The translations under genes and the position numbers were made by a program. The notes under the pieces were generated by a model. The model had not been told where the DNA came from. It was given only the letters and a program-made list of their open reading frames with translations, and did not search any database. DNA of 64,000 nucleotides from Anthoceros angustus (Eukaryota; Plantae; Anthocerotophyta), in contig VJWM01000118.1 of the NCBI GenBank assembly GCA_010909165.1, forward strand, positions 558,001-622,000, read 5' to 3'. Below, piece by piece: positions 37,948 through 51,400 of the stretch (positions within the stretch are counted from its first letter, which is position 1; each line of letters starts with the position of its first letter).

Positions 37948-38129
37948 GCAAACCCTAGCTGACGCATCGCCTAAGACGCCGGCGCCATCGCCATCGCTGA
38001 AAGCCTTGCAAGTTGCTTCGTCCTGCTCCGCGACGGGCTGAAGGGCTGGACATGGACGGAGACGGTGAGTTTGATTGCATTGTAAAAAAGCTAAATGTGC
38101 CTTGGCGACACCTACGTATTGTGTGTCCA

Positions 38130-40443
38130 AATGACTTAGGCCAAATGGACACACAATTTATAAGAACGTCGTTATTAAGCATCCTGGGCTTAGATGGGGT
38201 GCCTAAAGGGAGTGGATGCCCTTGGTGCAAGTAGCTTAGGCGGGGTGCGTAAAGGGAGTGGATGCCCTTGGTGCAAGTAGCTTAGGCACACCATAGTGCA
38301 AGTAGCTTAGGCACACCATAATACAAGTTGTTAAGTATCAAGTCCCATGACGGAAATTCCGTCCTTAGTGGACTTAAATAAAATTCTTCTTCTTCTTCTC
38401 TTCTTATGTAGTCTAGACTTAAAGTGGATCAGCTCATACTCTGGGTTCGATTGCCAACTTCGGAATGCGTAAAAACTTATCACTTATTTTTTAGTTGAAA
38501 ACTACAAATACTTTTCCGTAGTAAATCACATGAAAACTACAAATACTTTCCCGTAGTAAATCACATGAAGTCTATAATTGACTTATGGCATGCACATGGA
38601 GTCTATAATAGACTTCTAGCTTACTAGATCGTTTAACAAACCTTACCCGGGACATCGTGTAATAGACCCTACTCGGGACGTCGTTCACCAGACCCTACCC
38701 CAGACCCTACCCGGGATATCGTTTGACCCTACTTGGGACAATGTTTGCGAGTATGTTATTCTCAACCTTCCCGGGTGGGCGGCGGTAACGAAGATCCACT
38801 AGTACTCTCCCAATTGGTTTGCAAGCATGTTATCCTCAACCCTCCTGGGTGGGTGGCTGCAATGAAGATCCACTAGTACTCTCCCACTTGGTTTGCGAGC
38901 ATGTTATTCTTAACCCTCCTTGGTGGGCGGCGGCAATGAAGATCCATTAGCACTCTCCCACTTGGTTTGTGAGCATGTTATCCTCAACCCTCTGGGGTGG
39001 GCGGCGGCAATGAAGATCCACTAGTACTCTCTCACTTGTTCTAGGGATCGCTTAACAGACCCTATCCGGGACAAGGTTTGCGAGCATGTTATCCTCAACC
39101 CTCCTGGCTGGGCGCCGGCAATGAAGATCCACCAGTACTCTCTCACTTGTTCTAGGGATCGCTTAACACACCCTACGCGAGACAAGGTTTGCGAGCATGT
39201 TATCCTCAACCCTCCGGGAAGGGATGTGAGACAGATGGCGAAGATCCACTAGTACTCTCCCATGCAGGATGACCACGCCTTCATCCCTTGCTATCGTAAC
39301 TCACGGTGCCATAGGCAAGATTTCTCCAGGTTTGTCAAGGCTTCTGCCAAGGCTTACCACTCTCGCAACAATGGGGTTGGTCTCCCCCTTTCTAGTATTG
39401 TGACTTTCTTCAGGCAATGGACCAACCCCCTTTCATGAGGCAATGGACCAACCCCCTTGCGTGTGCACCAACCCCCTTTCGTGAGGCAATGGACGAACCC
39501 CCTTTCGTGAGGAGCAACCCCGTTTCGTGTGGACCAACCCCCTTTTGTGTTTTGTGACTTTCTTCTGGCGTCCATCGCTCTGAAGCGGGCGCTAGCGAAC
39601 GAAGTGTATAGGACGAGGGTAAGCGTAGGGATGTGGTATCTTTGGCCACGGTGGTAGGTAGACTTTTCCTCTCCGAACCACAAAATTCTCAGATTACGAA
39701 ATTTCGGAATAGTTTCAATATGAGTGATAGTTTGGCTAGTCTCCTTGGCCTGGTGCCCTCCCGAGGGTTGCACCCCCTTTTCCTTGGGTAATGAAATTTC
39801 CCAATTTCTTTGTTTTATTTTTAAGTCTCCACGTTCCTTCACGTTCACTTTCTTTTGTGTGACCAAATGGCCTAGGCCAAATGGACACACATTTATAAGA
39901 ACGCCGTGATTAAGCATCCTGAGATGGGGTCGGTACTTAGATGGGGTGCCTAAAGGGAGTGGATGCCCTTGGTGCAAGTAGCTTAGGCACACCATGATAC
40001 AAGTTGTTAAGTACCAAGTCCCATGACGGAAATCCGTCTTTAGTGGACTTAAATAAAATTCTTGCTCTTCTTCTTCTTCATATCAGCTTGAGTTCAAACC
40101 TAGCCCTAACAACCTTCTACCCACATTCAAACTATTTCAGCTCCAACAATAGGCTACTTCCTCTTCTTCTTCTTCAACAATCCACCGGTACTTAGATGGG
40201 GTACCTAAAGGGAATGGATGCCCTTGGTGCAAGTAGCTTAGGCACACCATGGTACAAGTTGTTAAGTACCAAGTTGTCCCATGACAGAAATCCGTCTTTA
40301 GTGGACTTAAATAAAATTCTTGTTCTTCTTCTTCTTCATATCAGCTTGAGTTCAAACCTAGCCCTAACAACCTTCTACCCACATTCAAACTATCTCAGCT
40401 CCAACAATAGGCTACTTTCTCTTCTTCTTCTTCAACAATCCAC
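38130..40443 (+). mobile_element. Non-coding repetitive element with ~280-bp direct repeats (38130-38405, 39865-40080, partial 40187-40340) and internal tandem arrays
   Basis: ggccaaatggacacaca...gcccttggtgcaagtagcttaggcacaccat...cccatgacggaaat..ccgtc.ttagtggacttaaataaaattctt repeated. Confidence 0.6.
38743..39262. repeat. Diverged tandem array of ~74-bp (and ~110-bp) units
   Basis: gtttgcgagcatgttatcctcaaccctc...gcggcaatgaagatccactagtactctc repeated ~6 times. Confidence 0.85.
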
Positions 40444-41720
40444 CCTATGTGAAACGGACATATGTATGTGCAAGCTGCCGAGCTCCGGACGAAAGATCCA
40501 CGCTCCGAGTCAAAGCATCAAAGTAAACATGCTTACTCATGAAGATCGCATAGAATTCATGAAGATCAGATTAAACTCATGGAAACCTTGAAGGTAGCAG
40601 CATTGACTGTTCGCGGCTCACGAACCTGGAGTTGTGACAGATGGCTCAGGGAGAAACATTGGGCAACTATCTTCTTCGTCCATCCAGCTTGGTGCTAACC
40701 CAGGGCCAAAGTCACTAACTGTGCCCCATTGAAGAAACAGATAGAACACGTCCATGGTGGACAGAATTCATGGGTGAAAGAAACATGGTTACCTGACCTT
40801 TCAGCACCTGATGCTTGGTCTGAATCTCAGCCTGACACTATAGCTTTCATTTCCGACAGCCGGTGTAAAACAGCATCATAAACAGCTGATTTAGTGAGCT
40901 TTCATTGCACTTGAGGTCGTGGATGAGCTCCATTGTGTACGGAAATGTATGTGGAAAAGCTCACAGCCAGAGGAGCTTCCATGGTGCTTCTTGCAGTGTC
41001 TCCATTGCCAAGGAGAGAACAAACAATAGCTCAAGCATATAAACATGGAAGCTACAAATACCATGATGGGCAGCCACAATTCGATGTACCCTGCTCATCA
41101 GGTTGAGAGCTGAAGATGCGACAAGGCAGAAGAGGCCCACTGCGGAGTCCGGGATTGTTTTTAACAATCTTGGAGTAGGAAAAACTAGGAGAAAGGTAAT
41201 GGGCATTGTAGCAGAGACGCTGTTGTTGGACAGATTGATATTGACCAAATCGAGCAGTCGAAAGAACACCTTACCTGGTAGTTTTGCCATGAATTGCTGA
41301 GACTAAGGTCCAAGACTAGGACAGTAACAGGAACCCATGGTGGAATGGACGGAGAAGCCTCTATGTGGATCCATTGAAATGCAGCAAGCAAGTGGAGCAA
41401 AACTTTGAAAAGCTCAACCACCAGTCTGGCAGCTCCCCCTCCACACCACGATCCAATGCTGAAGAGTCACAACAAGCTTTCCTGAATGACCTTGAGACCC
41501 TGTTGCTACATACATTCAAATCGGTCATGTCTGAAGTGTTTTCCCCAACTTGAACGATGCAAGCCGCAAAGTGTTAGGGAAGTGGAGAGCGAAGCCCAAC
41601 CTTGTCGTTAACCAATGACATTACCCTGGGGAAATTGGTATAAACTGCAACGTCTAGACCATCCAAGGGGATGATGTTTCACAGCTGTTGGCCTCATCAG
41701 AACCAAAGATTAATTCTAGA

Positions 41721-42452
41721 TTACATGAAAATCTTGAAGACTGGATCGAACTTCAGATGTGCCCCATACACTTCAGGTCTAATGCATTTTTCTTGCCAAT
41801 ACCTCCACTTCCTAGGCAATGGTTTCGGTTTTTCCTTAGGAGGATAAGGAAGCCCACCACCCGGAAGAACCTCATATGGCGCCTTTTCTATCAGCTCATC
41901 AGCTTTGGTCTCACTAAGGTCAATCCAATAAGCAGGAGTGATCTTATACAGTAAGTACAATTGTTTCATCTGCCAATATTGGATGGGGTTCTCTCCAGTT
42001 CTAAACCGAAAGAGCCGTTTGAATGCCTCGTCTCGAGATAGTGATAGTTCGTCAATCTTCTCCCCCAGTTCTGTTAAGAACTTTTTACAACATCCAGTTG
42101 CATGATATCTGTTTCCATTTGCTGCCATGAAAGCTACTAATTTCCGCCCACCTTCTTCAAACAACTGATCATATACAGTTTGTAGCAACCCATCCCAATA
42201 CACATCTGGGTCATAACCCATGTTATCTAGTGAAACCATTTGTGGTATGTTCAGCTTAAATGGTATTGGCAAAGGTTCAGGAATAGGTTCCTCTACTACT
42301 TCAATTTTAGCCTCATTTCCTTTTCCTACTTTCTTCTTATCTTCAGATTTTTCCTTTTCTTTTTTATCATTATTCTTTGAGCTATTTTCTGTTTTATCTC
42401 TTTTATCCTTCTCATCCTTTTTGGTACTTGTATCCTTTTGTTTAGGAGCCAT
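41721..42452 (-). CDS. Orphan ORF (~243 aa) with Lys/Asp/Glu-rich N-terminus, possibly TE-derived
   Basis: Long uninterrupted ORF in AT-rich DNA; no family recognised. Confidence 0.35.
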   Translation of the reverse strand: MAPKQKDTSTKKDEKDKRDKTENSSKNNDKKEKEKSEDKKKVGKGNEAKIEVVEEPIPEPLPIPFKLNIPQMVSLDNMGYDPDVYWDGLLQTVYDQLFEEGGRKLVAFMAANGNRYHATGCCKKFLTELGEKIDELSLSRDEAFKRLFRFRTGENPIQYWQMKQLYLLYKITPAYWIDLSETKADELIEKAPYEVLPGGGLPYPPKEKPKPLPRKWRYWQEKCIRPEVYGAHLKFDPVFKIFM

Positions 42453-43728
42453 TAATTTGGCTACATGAGTCACATTTTTTCCAAACTAGGATTTTTATTA
42501 ACTATACACTATGATAAAACAAAACTCTTGACTCCATTTCTTGGCTTAGAATGCTTGGCACACTATGTAGAAGACTCTTTCTTATAACTATGAGTGAAAT
42601 AATAAAATAATTCTTTGTACTATCACAGATGTAAAATACAAGGAGAAAGAACCCTAAGCAACATACTATCCTCAAGAAGAAATGCGATGAGGAAACCCAA
42701 GGGAATTTCTTCCATCTAGAATATACCCATTATTTGAAAATAAAAAATAAAGAAAATACAATTTTCTTTTGTCATACATCATGAATTGGACATGAATGCA
42801 TAAAATTCATTCTCTTATTGCACTACTTTCATTTCTTGGATATTGAAGTTCCACAAGTACTTACATTATAAATATAAAGAATAATATGAACATACTGTAA
42901 AATTATTTAGATTGTATATATATACCCTATATATATTTGTTTTCATATTTCAGTCCCATGATAGTCATTCATCCTCGGTGGATTTAAGACATTCTTCAAT
43001 GCTTCTTATTGCAAGTTCATTATGCTTTACTGAATTTTCACACATCATATTATGATGAATTCATAGTGCAAATTTTTTAAGAGTTGACTACAAGTCTATA
43101 GCATAGGTTCTCAAGGTTTGTACAAGAAATAAACATTTTTTCTTTCCTCTTATATATAATGAGACCTTTGACATGGATTCAGTTCCTTTAGTATATTGTG
43201 AAAAACGCTAAGAAAAGATTTTGTATACATATTAGAATAAATGTATGGAGTGTAATATATTTTGATTGGATTCTTGTTAAACATGCACATTGGATGTGAT
43301 GGGTAGAGAAGTATATGTTTAGGATTTTAAAAATATAATTAGATAATACTCTAAAATATATTATATTAAATATTATTATAATTAAATATTTAAATGAATA
43401 AAAATATATAAAAATATACTATCAAATATATCCATTGAACGTGTTAGACTATTTGAAATTAAGAGCATTTTTAGACTTAATGATATCTAGATACTTTTTG
43501 AAGATAATAAATAAGATGAAAATTTTATAAATTAACAGAAGAAAAATCTCATATACACCAAGGTATGAGTAACCAACCCTCTAGAGACCCTAAGATGTGA
43601 TGGGAATAAGAAAGGATATATTTACCAAATCTCGATGATACTAAATCTTCGTATTCGATTCCGTGTCAATTTAGATAATGCTTTGGCTATACCCGAGACA
43701 AGATCTAGAAGTCATCTCAAGTCCATTT

Positions 43729-43808
43729 AAACCCTAAACCCTAAACCCTAAACCTAAACCCTAAACCCTAAACCCTAAACCCTAAACCCTAAACCCTAAA
43801 CCCTAAAC
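43729..43808. repeat. Interstitial plant telomeric repeat (CCCTAAA)n, ~11 units
   Basis: aaaccctaaaccctaaaccct... with one degenerate unit. Confidence 0.95.
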
Positions 43809-44270
43809 CGAGACAAAACCTAGAAGTCAGCTGAAGTCCATTTAAACCCTAAACCCTGACCTGCTCAAACATTCCCACCGGGCCAACATTAAATATGGGA
43901 AGTATGGTAATGAAGACGTGTTTAATAAGTTTCATCAAGGAGGTTGTACTTTGTGATTGGCTAGTCTAACCGGCTCCCTTTGGTCTGCTGGCCTACTGCG
44001 AAGGGTAGGATTTGAAGGAATCGAGGCGCCAGACGCCTGAAATCTGCGGTAGCTAGACCTGCTCACCTGCCTGCAATCGATCAACGCTTCGCCTTTCGGC
44101 CTGCGCCGCAGAATTCCGATAATCGGCCAATGGGCGATCGTTTATAACTTGATCGCTATATGATCACAGCAAGTGCAAACCTGGGAGGCTAGAAGGCATT
44201 CGACTCTTTCATTTCGTGACGTCCCTTTCCGCTTCTCACAATCTGCGTCAGGGGAGCTCTCCAAGCAGCC

Positions 44271-46944
44271 ATGGGCACCGAAAGCACCTCCACCCCTGCA
44301 CCCCGGGGCCGCGGAAGTTTTCTGGGTCGGCTTGACGACGATGGGCTGCCAGGATCCGATTCTGGCAAAGGCCTTGGCCATGCCACTCCCTTGCAAAACA
44401 AGTTCCAAGAGAAGATCCGCCCGATGCTCGATGTGGTGGACAAGCTCAGGAACTTGGGGGTGATGGAGGAAGGCATCGCCTTGCCCACCATCGTCGTGGT
44501 GGGCGATCAAAGCAGCGGGAAGTCCAGTGTTCTGGAATCACTCGCGGGAATCACTCTCCCCCGCGGGCAGGGTATCGCCACCAGAGTACCCTTGATTCTT
44601 CGGCTGCAGACCAGGTGAAAGTTTGTGGGCGGTAGACGTCGACACTTGTTCTGAATTTTCAGTACCTGATGTGATGTACAACACTGTGTTTTGATTTTGG
44701 AACACGCAGTGACGAGGAAAGAATCACGATCGAGTACACTGGAGTGAAAGAGGAGATTCATGAGGAGGATGGCATCGAAAAGGCTGTTGTGAGGGCGCAA
44801 AATGAACTTGCCGGCGATGGGAAGGGGATTTGCGACAGTCCCATCTCGCTGCACATCCGGAAGCCTGATGCGCCGGATTTGACTATGGTCGACCTCCCGG
44901 GTATCACCCGGGTCCCTGTCCACGGCCAGCCAGAAAACATCTATGAGCAGATCGCTGGCATTATTCGGCATTACATCACTCCGCCGGAGAGTGTGATTCT
45001 CAATGTGCTTTCCGCTAGTGTGGATTTTCCAACCTGCGAGAGCATAAGAATGTCCCAAGTTGCAGACAAACCAGGAAAGAGGACCTTGGCTGTGGTCACC
45101 AAGGTGAGTCGCCCACAAGCAGTCAGTCTATTTTGTTGCGTTGTTCTTTGTGCAGCAGAGCTTTCTGAGCGCTCGAAGTCGGCGTGGATCTATGGAAATC
45201 TAGAAGTGCTAACCGATTCCTCATCCAAATTTTGGCAGGTTGATAAATCGCCTGAGGGCCTTCTCGAGAAGGTCACCACAGACGCAGTGAACATCGGTCT
45301 GGGTTACATCTGCGTCCGGAACAGGATAGCGGAATCGGAGTCTCATGAGGAAGCAAGAATGATCGAGAAATCGTTGTTTGACACACATCCGCTTTTGTCC
45401 AGGCTCGACAAGCGCATCGTCGGGATTCCAGTACTGGCCGATCGGCTGACGCAGATACAGGCCGACAGTATTCGGCGGCTTCTGCCTGACATCATTTCAC
45501 AGATAGAGAAAGGTTTTACCCATCTGTTTACAAGCAGGAGTACTAGAAGATTTTCCTTATGTGTTTCTCAATCTTAAGACAGGAATTATCTGTCTGCAGG
45601 ACTGCAGAGCAAGAGGCAGGAGCTGGCAAGCCTGCCTCAAGGAATGAACAACAACGCCGAAGCCTTCATGGTGTTCTCGAAAACCATGGCAGCCAGAACA
45701 GAAACTGTGAAGCAGTTAGTTGTCCGGGGAGACAACACACAGAGTTGCTTTGCAGAGGATAAGAAAATGCATTACACAGCGAGATTAGACGACATGTTTT
45801 CTGGTATTGTCTTTTCTGGTGCCCTGAAGCCAGGAAGCATATTTGGGTCCATGGGTGAACTACTGATAGGGAGCTTTTTTGTTCATTTCCTTGTGCACAG
45901 CCTTTGCGGAGTATATGCGAGAATCAGGCAGAGGATTGATGGATCCTTCAAACACAGATGAGATCATGGACATGATCGGTGAAAGTAAAGGGACCAGTCT
46001 CCCTAATTTTCTCCCCTCGTCGGTGTTCCAGAACTTGGTAAAGAGGCAGGTCGACAAGATCGCAGCAACCTGTGATACTCTCGTCCAAGATGCACACTCG
46101 TACGCTGATCGCGTGCAAATTGAGGTATGAAATTCTGTAGATTTTCACGGTTAACTGTTTACAGTAGTCTCTACAATTTACATCTGTATTTGCTGGTCAG
46201 CTGAGATTTCACCACATCTGTAATCACCATGTCAGGTGATTGGAAATTCCACTTCCGGCTATCCAGCCCTGAAAGCTGCCACCGAGGTGGCAGCCCGTAC
46301 CGTGATTTCTGAAAGCCGCACCGATTGTGAAAGGTTTGTGGAAAGGATGCTGGCCAAGGAGCAGGCTATCATCTTCACGAAAACCGCGCTGTACATAAAG
46401 TTGGTGAATAGTATGAAAAGTGTACAAGATCAAGAAAAATTGGATGTGGACAGCGAGGCAGAGAGAAATCGAGAGGGACTTTTGAAATTCGTCCAAGACG
46501 AAATTGGACAATTTGATTACACAGAAGTGAAGGGGAAGACTTCAAGTGACTTTCTGGTTGGACTGCTACTGCAACTCATGCTTAGTGTCGTCAATAAGAA
46601 TTTCATTGCCTGCAATTGGATCTCACAGTGTCGAACAATCGTGTTGCCATTTGCAGACAGCGTGGGACATGAAGGTTTCTCTTGCAGCCTATTGGGCGGT
46701 GGTGAGCAGCAGAATATCTGATATGCTGTCCCAGGAAATAAAATACTCGTTGCAGGAGGCTATGGTTGGTGGTGTGTTAAATCGTCTTCTGCTCCAAACG
46801 TCGGCTGCAGGGTTCCAGTTCCATAAACTCATGGACGAGGACAGTGTACTCGCTCAAAGACGGCGCAGATTAACCCATAGTGTCGAAATTCTGAGACAAG
46901 CGAGAATTGCCGTGTCAGAAACTCTAGGGAAGGCTAGTAGCTGA
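44271..46944 (+). CDS. Mx-like dynamin-related protein (DRP4 family), copy A, apparently intact
   Basis: [58 protein letters not shown], middle domain, GED-like C-terminus AYWAVV...[15 protein letters not shown]. Confidence 0.88.
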
Positions 46945-48456
46945 ATACACTCTATCTGGTCCCCTTTCGAGTGGATGGAAGCTTGAACGACCTGACCGAA
47001 TGTTTCCAAATGAACAAATTTTGCAGCCCCTACTGGAACAAATGCGTCCAGTTGTTCATGAATAGCAGATAGTGCAATGCTGTGGACTAGTCCTGCCCTC
47101 GGAAGGTTGGTTTCGCAGGTAGGGAAACGTGCGTTATGACATTGGTATCATTGCCGGAGTGAAGTTTCACACCTCCCAAGTGGTTTCTAGAGTAGTAAAG
47201 TTTGACATAGTGGCTTCCTACTTACCTCCCAAGTGAAGTTTGAGATGCTGGCTTCCTACTGAACTCCCAAGTCGCTTCTCAAAGTGGACTCCCGTACATG
47301 GGTGCTCCCTTCATACATGTATTAATTATTACAGGAGGCTATGGTGGATAGTGTGCACAATCATCCACGCTGCAAACGGCTATGTCCTGACCCATAATGT
47401 CAGCATCCTGATGAGCCAAGCCAGATTTGCTTTGCACAGACTCTAGGTAGAGAAGATTGACAGCTGAAAACACCATAGCTACCTAGCAAGTAAATCGAAA
47501 CTTTGACCCATATGTTCAAAACAAGCAAATTGCTTCAGCCCGTTTTGGGACAACCGACGACACCCCGAGTGTGCAACCAGAAACCTATTCCAGAAAAGCT
47601 GTAGCAGTTTCTGTGACCAGGATGATCCGATCAGACTAGCTAGATATGCATGCCGAGAATATGCTGTTAGTAAAGTTTGTTTAGTATACCAAATAAAAAT
47701 TCAAATGATTATCCACATGAAAGCACAATGTTTCCTTGGTCAAGTTGGGATGTCACGGATGTGAATGTGAAGATACATACTTTGCTATGTATCAGCGATT
47801 TCAAAGTACACTGGCGGGAGGCAAACTTGTAAAAAGAACCTGGAGCTAGGATCTCGTAGTGGAATATACTAATCAAACTCATTAACTCCGCAAGGAGCAC
47901 AGGAAGGAGACATGGCGCCATCGGCACCAGTTGTAGGTAGGCCTTTCCTCATGGGGGCGATAGGTAGCATTTGTGGGGGGTAGTCCCTGCTCTTGGCCCT
48001 TTAGTGGGTTGTCCCCCCTCTCAGTTCGGGGTAGATGGGTTCCCAATCTCTTCTTTTTAATAAAGCCTCCGTTGTTCTAACTCATTACCATGATGATATA
48101 CGTACCGCGGCCAATATAATATGGATATGTTTTAGGACATGGCGTTGTAATATGAAATCTAATGAAAGACTTTGTTTACGGTTTCATCAACCAGCTTGTA
48201 CGCTGTGGTAGCTAGTATGAGTGGCTCACCTGCTGAAATTCAAGTCGCCTTAATTCTGCACTCTAATCGGGTAGCTCGACCTGCCTGCCGGCAGTGGACC
48301 CACTGTTTGCAATTCATGGGCTCCACTCGCGGATCATTAATGACTTGATTGCTATATTATAGCCAGCGACATCCCCCTGAAGTCATCCAGCTCTTCTCAT
48401 TTCCTGACTTTCCTGTGCTGTTCTCACTATCTTCGTCACCAGCTTCCTCAGTCGCA

Positions 48457-51400
48457 ATGGTCCGCAAATGGTCCAAGACCCTTGCACTGAGCACCAGAAA
48501 TCTTCCGAGTCCGGTTGCTCAGGATGAGCCGCAGCAAGTCCAGGAGCTTCCGCGTCCTGATTCTAGCCATGGCCCTGGCCATGCCACTCCCTTGCAGAAC
48601 AAGTTCCAAGAGAAGATTCGACCGATGCTCGATGTCGTGGACAATCTCAGAAACTTGGGGGTGATGGAGGAAGGCATCGCCTTACCCACCATCGTCGTGG
48701 TGGGCGATCAAAGCAGTGGGAAATCGAGTGTGCTGGAATCACTCGCAGGGATCAGCCTGCCGCGCGGGCAGGGTATCGCCACCGGGTGCCATTGATTCTT
48801 CGGCTGCAGACCAGGTAAACGTTTGTGGGTGGTAGACGTCGACACTTGTTCCGAATTTTCAGCACCTCATATGATGAACACTTTGTTTTGATTTTGGAAC
48901 CCCAGTGACGAGGACAGAATTACGATCGAGTACACTGGAGTGAAAGAGGTGATTGAAGAGAACGGCATCGAGATGGCGGTTGTGACGGCGCAGAATAAAC
49001 TTGCTGGAGATGGGAAGGGATTTGCGACAATCCCATCTCACTGCACATCCGGAAGCCTAGTGCACCGGATTTGACTATGGTCGACCTCCCGGGTATCACC
49101 CGAGTCCCTGTCCACGGCCAGCCGGAGAACATATATGAGCAGATTTCTGCCATTATTCGTCATTACATCACGCCACCGGAGAGTGTGATTCTGAATGTGC
49201 TGTCCGCTAGTGTGGATTTCCCAACCTGCGAGAGCATAAGAATGTCCCAAGTTGCGGACAAAGCGGGAAAGAGGACCTTGGCCGTCGTCACGAAGGTGAG
49301 TTGTCCACTATTTTCAAGTCTATTTATTGGGTTATTCCTTGTGCATCAAAACTTCTTGAGCGCTGGAAGTCTGCGTGGATCGATGGTAACTTCGAGGTGA
49401 CTGTGTCTCTTTTCTATCATCAGGTTGATAAATCACCAGAAGGCCTTCTCGAAAAGGTCACCACAGACGCAGTGAACATCGGCCTGGGTTACATCTGCGT
49501 CCGGAACAGGGTAGCGGAGTCAGGTCTCATGAGGAAGCAAGAATGATCGAGAAATCGTTGTTTGACACACATCCGCTTTTGTCCAGGCTCGACAAGCGCA
49601 TCGTCGGAATTCCTGTACTAGCTGATCGGCTGACGCAGATACAGGCCGACAGTATTCGGCGGCTTCTGCCTGACATCATTTCACAGATAGAGAAAGGTTT
49701 TACCCATCTGTTTACAAGCAGGAGTACTAGAAGATTTTCCTTATGTGTTTCTCAATCTTAAGACAGGAATTATCTGTCTGCAGGACTGCAGAGCAAGAGG
49801 CAGGAGTTGGCAAGCCTGCCTCAAGGAATGAACAACAACGCCGAAGCCTTCATGGTGTTCTCGAAAACCATGGCGGCAAGAACAGAAACTGCCAAGCAGT
49901 TAGTTGTCCGGGGAGACAACACACAGAGTTGCTTTGCAGAGGATAAGAAAATGCATTACACAGCGAGATTAGACGACATGTTTTCTGGTATTGTCTTTTC
50001 TGGTGCCCTGAAGCCAGGAAGCATATTTGGGTCCATGGGTGAACTACTGATAGGGAGCTTTTTTGTTCATTTCCTTGTGCACAGCCTTTGCGGAGTATAT
50101 GCGAGAATCAGGCAGAGGATTGATGGATCCTTCAAACACAGATGAGATCATGGACATGATCGGTGAAAGTAAAGGGACCAGTCTCCTAATTTTCTCCCCT
50201 CGTCGGTGTTCCAGACTACACAGGATGATTTGATGATATGTTTACTGGTACACGTGCGTGTCCCTTTTCACCAGCTTTATCTCATGCCCTGGTTTCTGGA
50301 TACATTTTCTAGCAAACTTCTCACAGTAAATGCAACAATCAGGAACAGGATGATATGAATCCTTATGAGGAGACGACATCAGGAAGATGATAGCTGAATG
50401 TAAACGATCCAATCTGTTCAATTTTGCACCCACACATGTCTTCCAGAACTTGGTAAAGAGGCAGGTCGACAAGATCGCAGCAACCTGTGATACTCTCGTC
50501 CAAGATGCACACTCGTACGCTGATCGCGTGCAAATTGAGGTATGAAATTCTGTAGATTTTCACGGTTAACTGTTTACAGTAGTCTCTACAATTTACATCT
50601 GTATTTGCTGGTCAGCTGAGATTTCACCACATCTGTAATCACCATGTCAGGTGATTGGAAATTCCACTTCCGGCTATCCAGCCCTGAAAGCAGACATCGT
50701 GCTACCATAACGTTTACCGTCTAGATTCATGCCCTGGTCCTTGCGATTTCATGAATACTGATGGGCAGTTGTTTTGTTATCTTCCGCGCAGCCTTTTCGG
50801 AGTATATGCAGAAATCAGGAGGAGGATTGATGGATCCTTCAAATACCGATGAGATTATGGAGATGATGGCTGAAAGTAGAGGAACGAATCTTCCCAATTT
50901 TCTGCCCACGCAGGTGTTCCATAGCCTCGTAAAAAGGCAGGTTGACCGGATTGCCGATGCTTGTGATAGTCTCGTCCTTGAGACACACTCGTACGCAGAT
51001 CGCGTGCAAATGGAGGTATACATCTTCGTGGATCTTCGGGATTCTTGGTGTCTTCTGGGCACCATTAGAGTTGACCTTGTTTGGAATTGCCTTGTCAGGT
51101 GATTGAAACCTGCACAGTCGGCTATCCATCCGAAGTCTGCCACCGAGGTGGCAGCCCGTGCAGTAATTGCTGAAAGTCGGAGCAACTGTGAAAGGTTTGT
51201 GGAAAGGATGCTGGCCAAGGAGCAGGCTATCATCTTCACCAAAACCAGACTCTACATGAAATTGGTGAAAGCTATGGCCGCATGTGCAAGAGCAAAACGA
51301 ATCGAAGAATGAGGACAGCGAGGCAGAAAGAAATCAAAAGAGATTCTAAAATTCGTCCAAGACGAAATTGGACAATTTGATTACACAGAAGTGAAGGGGA

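Noticed and set aside
40640-41420. Possible LRR receptor kinase remnant (LVNINLSNNSVSATMP; VSDFG)
   Set aside because: Only isolated weak motifs; cannot be supported without a search.
43729-43808. True chromosome end
   Set aside because: The tract is only ~80 bp with ordinary sequence on both sides.
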